Under the pieces are notes generated by a model, which saw only the letters and a program-made list of their open reading frames with translations, was not told the DNA's origin and made no database searches. 64,000 bases of DNA from Amphiscolops sp. MND2022 (Eukaryota): positions 82,028,001-82,092,000 of the forward strand of contig OZ076409.1 of NCBI GenBank assembly GCA_964187785.1, in the 5' to 3' direction. Shown piece by piece: positions 1-10,448 of the stretch (position 1 is its first letter; each line of letters begins with the position of its first letter). The position numbers and the translations under genes are program-made.

Positions 1-1
1 T

Positions 2-1309
2 TTACCAAACATTCCCCCAAGTGGAGGCTATGATCATATCATCACGGCAATTGATGTCTTCTCAAGATACTTGTTCGCCTATCCTGTAATTCGCATCACT
101 GCAACAACGGTGTCAAGAGTTATCATGGATATACTCTGTAAGCATACCTACCTTCCAACAACGATAATCACGGACCTAGGCACTCAATTCAACGCACAAG
201 TAATACACGAAGTCGCAGCAGTGCTAGGAATTGAACTTAAACACGCAACAATGAAACATGCCCAAACAATAGGTCTCCTCGAGAGAACCCATGCCTCAGT
301 GAAAACACACCTAAAGGTTGCAACAGGTGAATTCAGGAATATTTGGCATAAATATCTCCCTTTGGCAGTCCTTAACCATAACACAACGTACCATGCATCG
401 CTCGGTTGTGAACCTTCAAGAGTTTTCCATTGTAGAATACCGCATAACATCCTAGATTACAAACTTGGATATAACCCTAACCCACGATACCAACCACAGA
501 CAGATGTGGCGGAAGAAATCCAAAAACGCATGAAAACCCTTTTAGATCAAACTAAGAAGAACATCATGCAATCTTATCTCAAATACAAAGCCTACTACGA
601 TAGAAAAGCAAAAGCAGCTCCGCTCGAAACGACGGACTACTGTTACATTCTCAACCCAAAAGCTGATACTCAAGCGACAAAAATACCATTTCGAGAATTC
701 AGATGGTGTGGTCCATATAAAGTAGAAAAAGTGCTTCTCAACAATAATTATATTGTCAGGAGACTTGGAACTAACAAAACACAACTACTACACAGGATCC
801 GTCTGCGGAAATTCACTCCGCAAGCTCCATTAGCAGATATTTTTGTTCGTGAAACTGATTGGCAAAAAGATGACCAAATGCCTATAGCAAATGATGATCT
901 ATATGCCCAATCATGGAACACAAATTTTGGGTCTAACCCGTTTGAAAATGGCCCTTCAGAATTTTCACAAGACACTGAAGATGCTGAATATACTCCGATT
1001 CAAATACCGAATGAAAACCACCCTCCCTCCCCAGGATCTTCAAAAAATAGTGGGGGGAGCCCAGTGGAACAGACCACTGAACCAAATGATACTCATGAGA
1101 ATGAAATTCCACAACACATCAGTGAAGATGATCAAAATACCCAAAAAACTCAAAAAGAATCAAATAATTCATCAGTTGACGACATTCAAAAACCCCCAGA
1201 AAACTCCCAAAATACTCCATTGCAAGAAAAACCCATAAATACACGTGGTGAAAAAAACACCTTACGTCCTAATCCCAACCCAAACTACTCTGATACAAAT
1301 AGATATTAA
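2..1309 (+). CDS. pol: Gypsy pol, integrase core and C-terminal tail (5' truncated by the window edge)
   Basis: Frame open from position 2: LPNIPPSGGYDHIITAIDVFSRYLFAYP, ITDLGTQF, HAQTIGLLERTH, WCGPYKV (GPY/F motif), C-terminal LRPNPNPN. Aligns by eye with 60970-62310. Confidence 0.93.
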   Translation, partial: LPNIPPSGGYDHIITAIDVFSRYLFAYPVIRITATTVSRVIMDILCKHTYLPTTIITDLGTQFNAQVIHEVAAVLGIELKHATMKHAQTIGLLERTHASVKTHLKVATGEFRNIWHKYLPLAVLNHNTTYHASLGCEPSRVFHCRIPHNILDYKLGYNPNPRYQPQTDVAEEIQKRMKTLLDQTKKNIMQSYLKYKAYYDRKAKAAPLETTDYCYILNPKADTQATKIPFREFRWCGPYKVEKVLLNNNYIVRRLGTNKTQLLHRIRLRKFTPQAPLADIFVRETDWQKDDQMPIANDDLYAQSWNTNFGSNPFENGPSEFSQDTEDAEYTPIQIPNENHPPSPGSSKNSGGSPVEQTTEPNDTHENEIPQHISEDDQNTQKTQKESNNSSVDDIQKPPENSQNTPLQEKPINTRGEKNTLRPNPNPNYSDTNRY

Positions 1310-1529
1310 AAACAGCTTCCAGACTCTGACTCAGACAGATACTACAAAAAGATTCTCAGAAGAAATTGCTCTCTTGTTCACTCTCTTTTGGTACACACCT
1401 CAGTGTATCCTCTCGTTTTTTCTTCTACATGAAGTTAACTAACTGGTTAAATACAGGAACAGAATTAAGAAACAAAACAAACTAAACAAAAGTTTGACAA
1501 TCAATCACAAATCCATCAATGTGTGTGAC

Positions 1530-4500
1530 CTAATTAGTTTTCTTGCCTTTACCAGACTTGTTTTTTCCCCTCTCTGAAGCTGATTCGGCAGATACCTCAG
1601 CACATCGCGGGAACTCAAGACTAACCCTACTAAGGGTTGGGTCAGGGGAAGGTGTACTATTTGTACTACAACGTCGGCTAACACTGGGCGTAGTGCTGTT
1701 AGGTGTTGCAGGGGGTCTCTCAACCCGCAACACAACTTTTCGGTAACCACTCTCTAATTTGCCCAATAGTGTAGTCTCTTTGCTCCGCTTCCCTTAAGGA
1801 AGTTCCATACAGAGAACTTTTTGTCAGTCAGTAGATCGGTCCCTCGTCCTAGAAGTCAAAAAACGCGAGAAATCGACTTGGGATCGCGATACAAACTCGA
1901 GATGTGCGGGATAGTCTGGTAAGAAGCCTGAAGGCTTCGCAAACAGGATTAGAAGTTTTCAGCCCCGTACTCCAAACTTGCAAAGGGGACAATGTGCGGC
2001 GTCGGCATTTCAATTAAAGGAGGTAGACATAGACAAGAATACTTGTACAATTGATACAACTCCGGACGGCACTGGATTTCGTAATGGGAAGACAAAAAGT
2101 GTAGCCAATCTTCATAATCTGGAACCTGTCCATCACGGAGTTTCGCAATGAAGGAACGGTACTGACTGATGGCTTTGACCTTGTCACTGGATGAGACCCA
2201 TCCACAGCCGAGGAAGTGAGTTGCTAACTTCTCAATTGAGACAGTGTAGTGTTCCTCGGAACCTTCGAAGATAACACTAGTGTCAAATCATAACAATCCT
2301 CTAGCCAGATTCGATTTTATGATCTCATGGCTCAGCAACAATTTGCAGAATGCTTTACAAAAAGCAATTGATTGATCGACAAATTTGCCTGGACGCGGCA
2401 ATTTACTCGCCAAAACAAGATTGTAATAGTCCTCATTCAATATGAATTCACTTGAGGTCTTAAATGGCAGGTCAGCTTGATCCAAATCCAGATGCAGATA
2501 CCCGTCCCAGTTGGAAATGTTCCCGAATGTACTATCGGGGAGTATATTCTGGAGTTGACTGTAGGTAAAGACAGCGAATTGGTTGTACAGTCGAAAACCA
2601 CCCTCAATCCGCTGCTTAACTTCATGGAAGGCTGAATTATCTGAAACAAAAATATCTCCGAATGGAAATAAATGAATAGAGGCTAATGTATCCCAATGAA
2701 ATACTCATCGGAGAAATGAGCCACGTAGATTACTCAGAAATGACTTAAAGTCACGTGCAACCCGAAGTCGACCAGCAAAGAAAATGCAATTATACGCTTT
2801 TATGCGGTTCTAGATATGGCGACTGTTCGTTGATATGCAGCTTTAGCAATATCACTATACGTCATTATACGGTTCAAGATATGACGACTACTCGTCACTA
2901 TGCGGATTTGGCGATACCAATATACGTCACTATGCGGATCGAACTCTGACGATTATACGTCATCATACGGTTTTAACATAGTGACCATCCGGCAACATGC
3001 GGAATTCGCTATGTAAGGTAAAAGCTCCCAGACTTTGGTGAGATCATACTATGAGCAGTCTAACAAATGAATAAACCGAATGAATACGGATGTGAGAACA
3101 ACCTGAATTGTGATTCATTCTGAAAAAACAATAGACTAGTACACAAAGGGAGAGGAGATGGAAACTACCGAGTACCCTAACCAATGCAAGAAAACCCTAC
3201 TTTAAAGAAATAAAATGACTAACAATGGTCAATCACACATCTAATGATGAAGAGCCTGGCAAGGTATGTCGTGTCCAAACGAAAACACTCGTCCAGGGTT
3301 TTTTGGCTAAAATGAATGAAGAAAAAATGCGAAAAGAAGGGAACCAGAGGGAATATAAACAGCTAAATAGTAACCTCTCTCATGTGAAACCGGTACTCAG
3401 GTAGTCTTGCAACCTGGTTTAGATGTTCTCGAACTCGGTCCCAGTGTTTGGAGAAGTCCTCTATGATGGTTGAAGCTTCATCCAAGGAATACTCAAGTCG
3501 GACTACGCACTAAAATAAGGAAACTTCAAAAATCGGGAAGAAAGCCAGGTTTTAGACATCACTAAGGAATTTAAATACCTTATGCAAAGTTGGTAAATTC
3601 TGTACCCAGTCGCGGTCTAAAGCCGTCCTCATCTTCATCAGAAGGAAGTCTAGTATAGTGCGAAAATCGTGACGCTCGATTATCTGGGCTGTGGGTGAGG
3701 CTAGACTGGACTCAAATTCAACTGGTTCGTAAGTTTTAACAGAAAATGGTTTCTTCGTACCAGGCAGACTATTTTGGAGACAATCAGATAATTTCTCCTC
3801 GACGCCAATGAAAGCAATGCAAGGGGGAGCTACGTCAAAGAGGCTGAGAAATGAAGCAAGTAAGGTGAGGGAGTAACATGCCTCGGGGGGAACTACCCAA
3901 ACACACACCATGAAATACGTTCCCAGACCAGAACGATAAAATAACAAACGAATTGGTGGCAGAATGTTGAAGCGACAGTGAATATGATCCCGTAGAAGTG
4001 ATCTTGTTGACGCAATAGTTCAATAATTCTCTGAACATATACACCAGAATGCCCTGTTAACACAAACAAGACGAGAAATAACTATGTTCAACTTGTATAG
4101 AGAGTATCAGCAAGACTAAAGCCAGACCGTACAACTCAGGAAATCAACGTTATCAATACAAGAAGGAGTTGAAATACTAACGTATAAACGTTGATCGCTC
4201 CAGTTTTGTGTGGGCAATGCATCGAAGGAGGACATCCGTAACAATTCTTCGTAAATCCCTGTGAGGTTGTTAATATGTCCACCATGCTTGAGTCCAAATT
4301 CCAAAATACCAATCTGGAACAGGATTTTCTCTGTCGGACTAGCTACAACACTAGGGGCTGGGACTGTAGTTTGGCCCACTAACGGATGACATGAATCTAA
4401 CTGGGGGGCAATTGGATGTGTGTCCTTTGGAACTTTCTTCGCATCCTAGAGAGCGATTCCTAGAATCTCTTTCCCATCTCTGTCAAATAACGGCATCCCA

Positions 4501-5877
4501 GGGATTTCCATGCGCATTCGATGTTCCTTGATGAGATGAGAATCGGAACGGTAATGGGAGAATAATTCCAACGGACCTCGGCTCATCAGGGATAGCTCGG
4601 TACGGCACACCCTACACCACCACTTGTATGGTGTTTCGTCAGCGTCGAGGGGCCCGGTAGCAGAAATTTTGAGCACAGGATGCGTTTTCACCATACCCTC
4701 TGTAAGGGAATACTTGGGCCTCCTTCTCTTGCCGTGATGTAGGTCACGGTGCTGCTGTCCATCTGTCGGAGTTGCCCTTGAAGTCGAAGGTCTAGACTGG
4801 TGTTCCTGGCTGGAAGTATTAGCTAGTGCAGGGTCTATTATGTTATCGACAACTGTTAGCGATAATGGTTATTCGGGTTGTATTCCCTCTCCTGAAAGGG
4901 AATCATGAGGAATTCTACCTAGGACACTGGTCAATGTCACCATCTCCTGTCGGGTAATGCTGAGATTGTGGTAACCCCCTTCTGATAATTCGCGTCCGGA
5001 TACTACAGGTTCATCTTGACTTTGGAGTTCCATAACATCGGCCCCAAATATGTCCTCATGTCCAAGTAATGCAGGGTCCTCAAGCAAAGGCCCATTTAAG
5101 AACGGTTGGGGAAAGATATCGACTGAAGCGAAATGAAGGAGTTTCGGCCCCAGGAGGGATAGAGTAAGTCCCAACCATTGCTTGCTGGTCACCAGACTCG
5201 TCCCTGCCTAAGATCACGTCTGAACCAGGGTTCATTGGTGGGCGCGAAGAGCTCTGAACAAGAGGAGCCTCTATTATAACACTTTCCTTTTGGTTGTCTC
5301 CTGTAAGCGTAGTTTCCGGGTTCATAGAAGAGGTGTCAACTGCGTCCTTTGTTCCTTCATCAATTTGGAGAATAGGAGTGATTGGGGATTCTAAAGTACC
5401 CCTAGTACAGACTGATTCCGGGGCGCAACTTCCAGCAAAGTAAGGATTTTCTCAGGTGATTGAGCCAAAGTTGCCTGCCCAGTCTCAGGTCCAGCTAAAA
5501 CAACGATCAATTATCTAATGAAAAAAGAAATTGATCATGCAAGCAAAGTTCGTTCGAAGTTAACTGAAACCGGACGCAGGGACAGGAAATGATAATGAAC
5601 GGAAGTTGCTTAGAAGTTAGAAACGGAAATGTTTTGAAAAAATCCGAAATTGCGTAGTTACCTCAGCTAGTCATTTTCAAATAGTAAGCCTGGCCAGCTT
5701 CAGAAAACTCATAAACCTCTCAAATTATATCAAATTGAACGAAAATCCGCTGAACTTACCACTCGCAGGTTGTGGAGGTAGATCACTAGCCCAAAATTCG
5801 TCGCGTTGAAGCTTCATTCGTTCTTTTCTGGAACGCCTATCCTCGGAAGGACCAGTTTCTTCTGGCTAGGAACCCAT
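1530..5877 (-). pseudogene. Spliced antisense accessory gene of Gypsy A: BED-like zinc finger plus hAT-transposase-like body, decayed in this copy
   Basis: Minus strand: ATG at 5877, donor GTAAGT at 5759, acceptor TTTTAG at 5495, WWCRVC-x16-HYRSDSH zinc finger near 4530-4625, donor GTTAGT at 4181, acceptor TTAACAG at 4054, more GT-AG introns between 3580 and 3120, acceptor GTTTCAG at 2641, then a last exon of about 1.1 kb with scattered stops and a frameshift. The last exon is homologous to 62505-63300 (-). Confidence 0.7.
2790..3005. repeat. Degenerate 32/33-bp tandem array, core TATACGTCAYTATGCGG (array 1)
   Basis: About 7 units, each a conserved 17-bp core plus a variable 15-16 bp part. 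Lies mostly in the last intron of the antisense gene. Confidence 0.75.
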
Positions 5878-6277
5878 ATCTTTCCAAAAGCAAAATAAGA
5901 ATCAAACAAAATGAAAAATTCCCGAAGGAAATCAGGAATTACTAGTGGAAGATGTTGAAAAGAGAGAAAGTGGGTGAACGAGGGAACTAATTTCAAAAAG
6001 AGCAACAAAAAGACTTCGAAAAGACTGCTAATGACAGGTTAAATTGAATAGGCGAATTTAAAACGAATGAAAAGGCGTGGCGTAACGTATGAATACGAGG
6101 CAAGAAAGCAAATGATGCAAGTTTGCGCAAATATGTCAAAGAAATACTGAAATCTGATTGGTTAATTAAATGTCAATCACGTCTGCCAGCGTGATTGATT
6201 GACTCATTGTAGTTCTGGATGGAAGGATACAATTGGAATTTCACTGCAGAGCAAATTAGAATGAATTAGAATGCGAG

Positions 6278-6515
6278 ACTGTGCGGCAGTATGCAGAATT
6301 GCAACAAAGACTATGCGGCAGTATGCGGAATTGCAGCAAAGAATATGCGGCAGTATGCGGATCGACTAATGACGAGTTTGCGGAATTGCAGCAAAGATTA
6401 TGCGGCGGTATGCGGATCGACTAATGACGAGTATGCGGCAGTATGCGGAATTGCAGCAAAGATCATGCGGCAGTATGCGGATCGAGCAGTGACGCATACT
6501 CGGCATTCTGCGGTT
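6278..6515. repeat. Tandem array of alternating 32/33-bp units, core TATGCGGCAGTATGCGG (array 2)
   Basis: Units ending GAATTGCAGCAAAG alternate with units ending GATCGACTAATGACG; about 8 units. Confidence 0.9.
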
Positions 6516-7326
6516 TTCGCTGTATGCTTTCAAAGAGATGAATTAATAATACCAGCAGCCAGAATTGGACAAATGAAACAGTATTATGTAATACGACAAA
6601 GAAACTACACACTCTTAATGACAAACACGTGTGACATTATAGCTAGTTCTATTTTGGACTTAATATGTTCACACACATTCAGTATGTCATTGCCTTTTTG
6701 AAGATTTCGAATGAAATTACCAGTAAACTCGAAACTTATCTGTTCTATTGCCAGCACGGTTGCATTTTTCAAATGCAGGACTGGGGTTAAACCATGCTTT
6801 CTCTTAAAATAAACTTTAGTTTAGTGGTGATATGGAATTAAAATGAAACACACATTTTAACGTTTTTCAATTTCATGTAAACCTAGTCATGTAAAAATAA
6901 ATGAATTCAACTTTGAATTGTTTCAATGAATATTTCCATGAAAATATTTCTTGGTTAGTTACCCTAAAGTTAGGAAGAATTTGTTTATATATCATTTAAA
7001 CGTTGGAGAAAAGCTGTAAGCTTTGATGATGGGTGATGATCCGTCGGGGTGTTAACTGAAGCACCTTTTATGGAAATTGTTTACAAATCGTTGTGAATGA
7101 AACCCGAAAACCTAGTACCTACGGAACCCTTATAAGGATGTCTGCGGGATCAGAACGTGACAAGCAATTTTTCCGCGGGTTTTCATCCAAAATCAGAAGA
7201 AAGAAGAGAATTCATCACCATATGGTCTATATTTCAACTCGCAATCAGTAGCTTCTTCACTTCAAATAAATTTGTAGAAACTTCCCCTCAGAAATACCCT
7301 GCTAAAAGTTTAAATCTGAAATAAAA

Positions 7327-8301
7327 ATGCAATTCAACATCGATGAAATGTTCGACAATTTCGACTCACCGCCCTCAATAATCGACGTTTCTACCGAATC
7401 TGGAGAAGAGTTCATGGTAGAGCCGGGCGATGTTCAGGCTCTGGACGAAAGATTCCGTATAGGAGGCCCCTCCGCAGATGCAATGTCGGCCTTCGTGGGC
7501 GCTGCCGCCGCAACTCTTTTCCCCTCCTCAGCGGTTCCTTACCAAAATGAAGAAACCATCGATACAGCCGGCTCGCAGATTGAGAGACAACTAATGGAGC
7601 TAGTAGAGGAACATCAGAGTAATGATTCAGTCTCACCGCCGTCATTCATCGACACAGAATTCGAAGAATCTCCGGAATCCCCAGACGAACAAGAAACGAG
7701 TGGAAGTGTGTCAGTTAATAGTTATGGCCGTCCCACCGCGGCGGTTCTACCCACTCCAAGAGGCCGTGGTAGAGGTAGGGGATCTGTCACCCGCCCCGTG
7801 CCGACTTACCCGCCTGGCTACTCACCTGGAATGAGCAATTTCAACATAGCAGGAGCTGACATACGGGAAATACAACCCGCAAGTCTTGGTATAGAGAACA
7901 ACTTCCATTGGAACAGACCAATTACAGCTAACCCAAGTGTCCCACTTATTGGTGTGCCACCACAGACTAACGTCATCCCGCTGATGATCCAAATCCCGCC
8001 AAATGCACCCAACTTCGTGGCCAATCACGGGGGTTTTCAAGCTCAACAGCAAATACTATATGGATTTACAGTGCAAACTACACACAGCACAAGCTTCCCG
8101 CTCCTCCCGGCTAGAGAGAGGGAAGCTTATCGTTTATCACCCACAGTAATGCCTAATATCGCCGGTTTTTGCCACTGGTGTGGCAAGACGTACGATCAAA
8201 TAGGATTGGAGATTCTCGGAGAGTACCTCCTCACAACAGCGTACGACGCCGAAACAGTGAGATCGCAACGTGAGGTCCCGTGCCTTCATCGACGGGTTTG
8301 A
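7327..8301 (+). CDS. Sense accessory ORF of Gypsy A, unknown function (acidic N-terminus, RGRGRG, Pro/Gln-rich, C-terminal CHWC motif)
   Basis: 324-aa ATG-initiated ORF, GC-richer than its flanks. A probable frameshift near 8260 continues as DRNVRSRAFIDGFEAALFTFKNA in another frame. Confidence 0.6.
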   Translation: MQFNIDEMFDNFDSPPSIIDVSTESGEEFMVEPGDVQALDERFRIGGPSADAMSAFVGAAAATLFPSSAVPYQNEETIDTAGSQIERQLMELVEEHQSNDSVSPPSFIDTEFEESPESPDEQETSGSVSVNSYGRPTAAVLPTPRGRGRGRGSVTRPVPTYPPGYSPGMSNFNIAGADIREIQPASLGIENNFHWNRPITANPSVPLIGVPPQTNVIPLMIQIPPNAPNFVANHGGFQAQQQILYGFTVQTTHSTSFPLLPAREREAYRLSPTVMPNIAGFCHWCGKTYDQIGLEILGEYLLTTAYDAETVRSQREVPCLHRRV

Positions 8302-8786
8302 GGCAGCCCTGTTCACCTTCAAAAATGCCAGGGATTTTTGACAAATTTATTGAAATTGTGCAAATTGAAAAGTTTGAGAAGTTTATTTTCCCCAATAATA
8401 CTTCGTTTCTATAGAAATCTAAAATTGCTACAGCAAAGCATTTTTCCCATGTCGCAACCCAGGAGTTGGGTGGGACCCGGTGTGCAACAATAATTGAAGG
8501 AAAACAGAGCGTCCCTCTCTACATCTCCTTTGAAAACTGTGAAACTTTCATTATGGAAAACTTTGCTTTGTTCATTTTCAATTCACCTTTTTTCCTCTTT
8601 TTGGAAGTCATATAGATGATTTGTGTAATTTAAATTGAAAAGGGTCTATTTTTACAGACTAATGAGAACTCATAATTGCATAAAACCCAGGTCAGAGTAG
8701 AAAAACACGTGCTAATGAGCAATATATTACGTAACATTGGTTTTCATTAAGCCCAATTAGTCTAAATACCATTTTGTGCTGATGAC

Positions 8787-8965
8787 TATGCGGTACTATG
8801 CGGATCGAGCAGTACCGCATACTCGTCATTATGCGTTTTTGCCAATCTTATGCGGCATCCTACGGATCGAGGTTAGACGAATACTCGTCATTATACGTTT
8901 TTCATAGAAACACTATGCGGTATCCTGCGGATCGCGTGGTGACGCATACTCGTCACTGTGCGGTT
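8787..8965. repeat. Degenerate 32/33-bp tandem array, TATGCGG / TACTCGTCA core (array 3)
   Basis: About 6 units related to arrays 1 and 2, for example ATGCGGTACTATGCGGATCGAGCAGT and GACGCATACTCGTCACTGTGCGG. Confidence 0.75.
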
Positions 8966-9582
8966 CTAGCAGGACCTTCTATATAGAGTAGAAAGATGAA
9001 ATAGTGCTAGTTGGAAACCATTACAAATGCTGTTTATACTGTATTTCGAGTAATTTCCAGGGTTTCCTAGTTCTTTCCTTGAATATACTCTAAACGTGAA
9101 GTAATTTAGCTGATACTAAAAATAGAACGACGTTACCCTGACGTAATCCTATTTTTACCTGTTTTCCAATAATGACTATAGTAAAAAGGAGTGTCATGGT
9201 TTTTTTGGAGCTATTTTCATTTTGAAACTGAAGAAGAAAATTCATTCAAATCTCAACCGTCGACTAGTGCAGTTGTTCTTTCCAAACATATGTAAACCTT
9301 TTGATAACTTCGTGATACTTCCAAATCTTGTTATTTTGAATAAACAAGATAATTCAAATTCTTCCCCAAAAGCCAAAACCCATTTTCTACTCGAAGCAAT
9401 ATGGGAAATAGACGCAATAGACGTTCTAGAAGACTAGAAACTCCTTCCCCAGATAGAGAAGTATAAGTAACTCAAATAGGGACGCCCATTACAGGTAATG
9501 AAACTTTAACTAATGTTAATACTGTAATTCAAGGAGATTTAGGTGGAACAAATTAGAGAATCAATTCACTGAACCCAGTCAA

Positions 9583-9976
9583 ATGAGCAACGAGATCCAA
9601 GTATGGACCCAAATTATGGAACAAAAGAACAATGATAGAATTGAAAAGATGAGAGAAGAAATGGAAAATAAACTCGAAATGATTCTAAAGGAAATAAAAT
9701 CTAATAAGAGCGCATCAACCGTGACAAACCCAGGGTCGGAAACTAACGAAAACAGGGACCCACAACCATCGGGATCCAAAACAAATAGGTCTATAGGAGT
9801 TCACGCATCAAATAACGAAAACTCAGATTCTGAAAATGACGATTATCCTCTCAGAGCTTCTAAAATGAAAGACTTAAGACATCCTGCAAGACCAATATTC
9901 CACAATGAATCAGATGTAGATGTAACTATAAACCCGGAAGATGAATCCGATGCAGAAGAAGTAGAGGATTATCACA
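9583..9976 (+). pseudogene. Gag N-terminal (coiled-coil) fragment carried in the 3' LTR of Gypsy A
   Basis: Coiled coil IEKMREEMENKLEMILKEIK followed by an acidic/Ser-rich stretch, like the LTR-embedded part of element B gag. Coding character stops at EDYH/TCACA. Confidence 0.55.
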
Positions 9977-9977
9977 T

Positions 9978-10057
9978 CCCAACCTCGGGTGTTTTGCAGA
10001 TCGTGCTTTGTAGGTTATTATCTACAAAGCACAATCTGCAAAACACCCGTGGTTGGG
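9978..10057. repeat. 80-bp foldback (mini-MITE)
   Basis: CCCAACCTCGGGTGTTTTGCAGATCGTGCTTTGTAG pairs with CTACAAAGCACAATCTGCAAAACACCCGTGGTTGGG with 2 mismatches. Confidence 0.85.
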
Positions 10058-10448
10058 AAAAATGCTTTGCTTGCAAGTATTTTGCAAGAATCTTTCAAGA
10101 TATCGCACGATAATGCATTTTTCTTGAATTTCTTGATATGCTCTTGCTCGCAAAGCCATCATTGCACGCGATGCTTCCTTGCAATGAAAGTGTTTCCCTG
10201 AAAAGGCTTGTAAGGATTGCATCTCGTTGTAAGTTTTTTGCAAGGAATACATTTGCTTGGAAGAATTTTGACGGATTACATTTTTTCCAGGGACTGTTCT
10301 TCACTTTAGTTTAATTTACACTCGAAAGAAATTCGTACCATCTTCAAAAACCAAAAACGGTTGATATTCAATTTATAAAACAAAATTTTGGTTTTTTGAT
10401 CATGGTGCTAATTTTTCCCCTGGTAATTTGGAATTTGTTTCTTTCAAG

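Larger units (their letters stand above)
1..9976 (+). mobile_element. Ty3/Gypsy LTR retrotransposon A, 3' part (integrase, long accessory region, putative 3' LTR); probably inside an upstream intron of the VWA3A-like gene
   Basis: The integrase ORF is colinear with the pol of element B. It is followed by an antisense gene homologous to that of element B. A gag-like fragment ends abruptly at ...GATTATCACA (9976), which looks like an LTR end. Confidence 0.8.
7785..9976 (+). repeat. Putative 3' LTR of Gypsy A (about 2.2 kb)
   Basis: Purine tract GTAGAGGTAGGGGA-TC precedes TGTCAC at 7785, the same first 6 nt as the element B LTR. Ends TCACA at 9976 and has a similar length to LTR B. The left boundary is tentative because the 5' LTR is outside the window. 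Confidence 0.45.

Noticed and set aside
6291..6701. 136-aa ORF with YAAVCG repeats
   Set aside because: Translation of the tandem array, with no independent coding evidence.
7327..8301. env gene
   Set aside because: No signal peptide, transmembrane helix or furin/fusion-peptide pattern.
9192..9976. Alternative LTR A start at AAAAAGGAG|TGTCATGG
   Set aside because: Possible, but it gives a much shorter LTR than B and matches the B start less well than 7785. It cannot be excluded without the 5' LTR.
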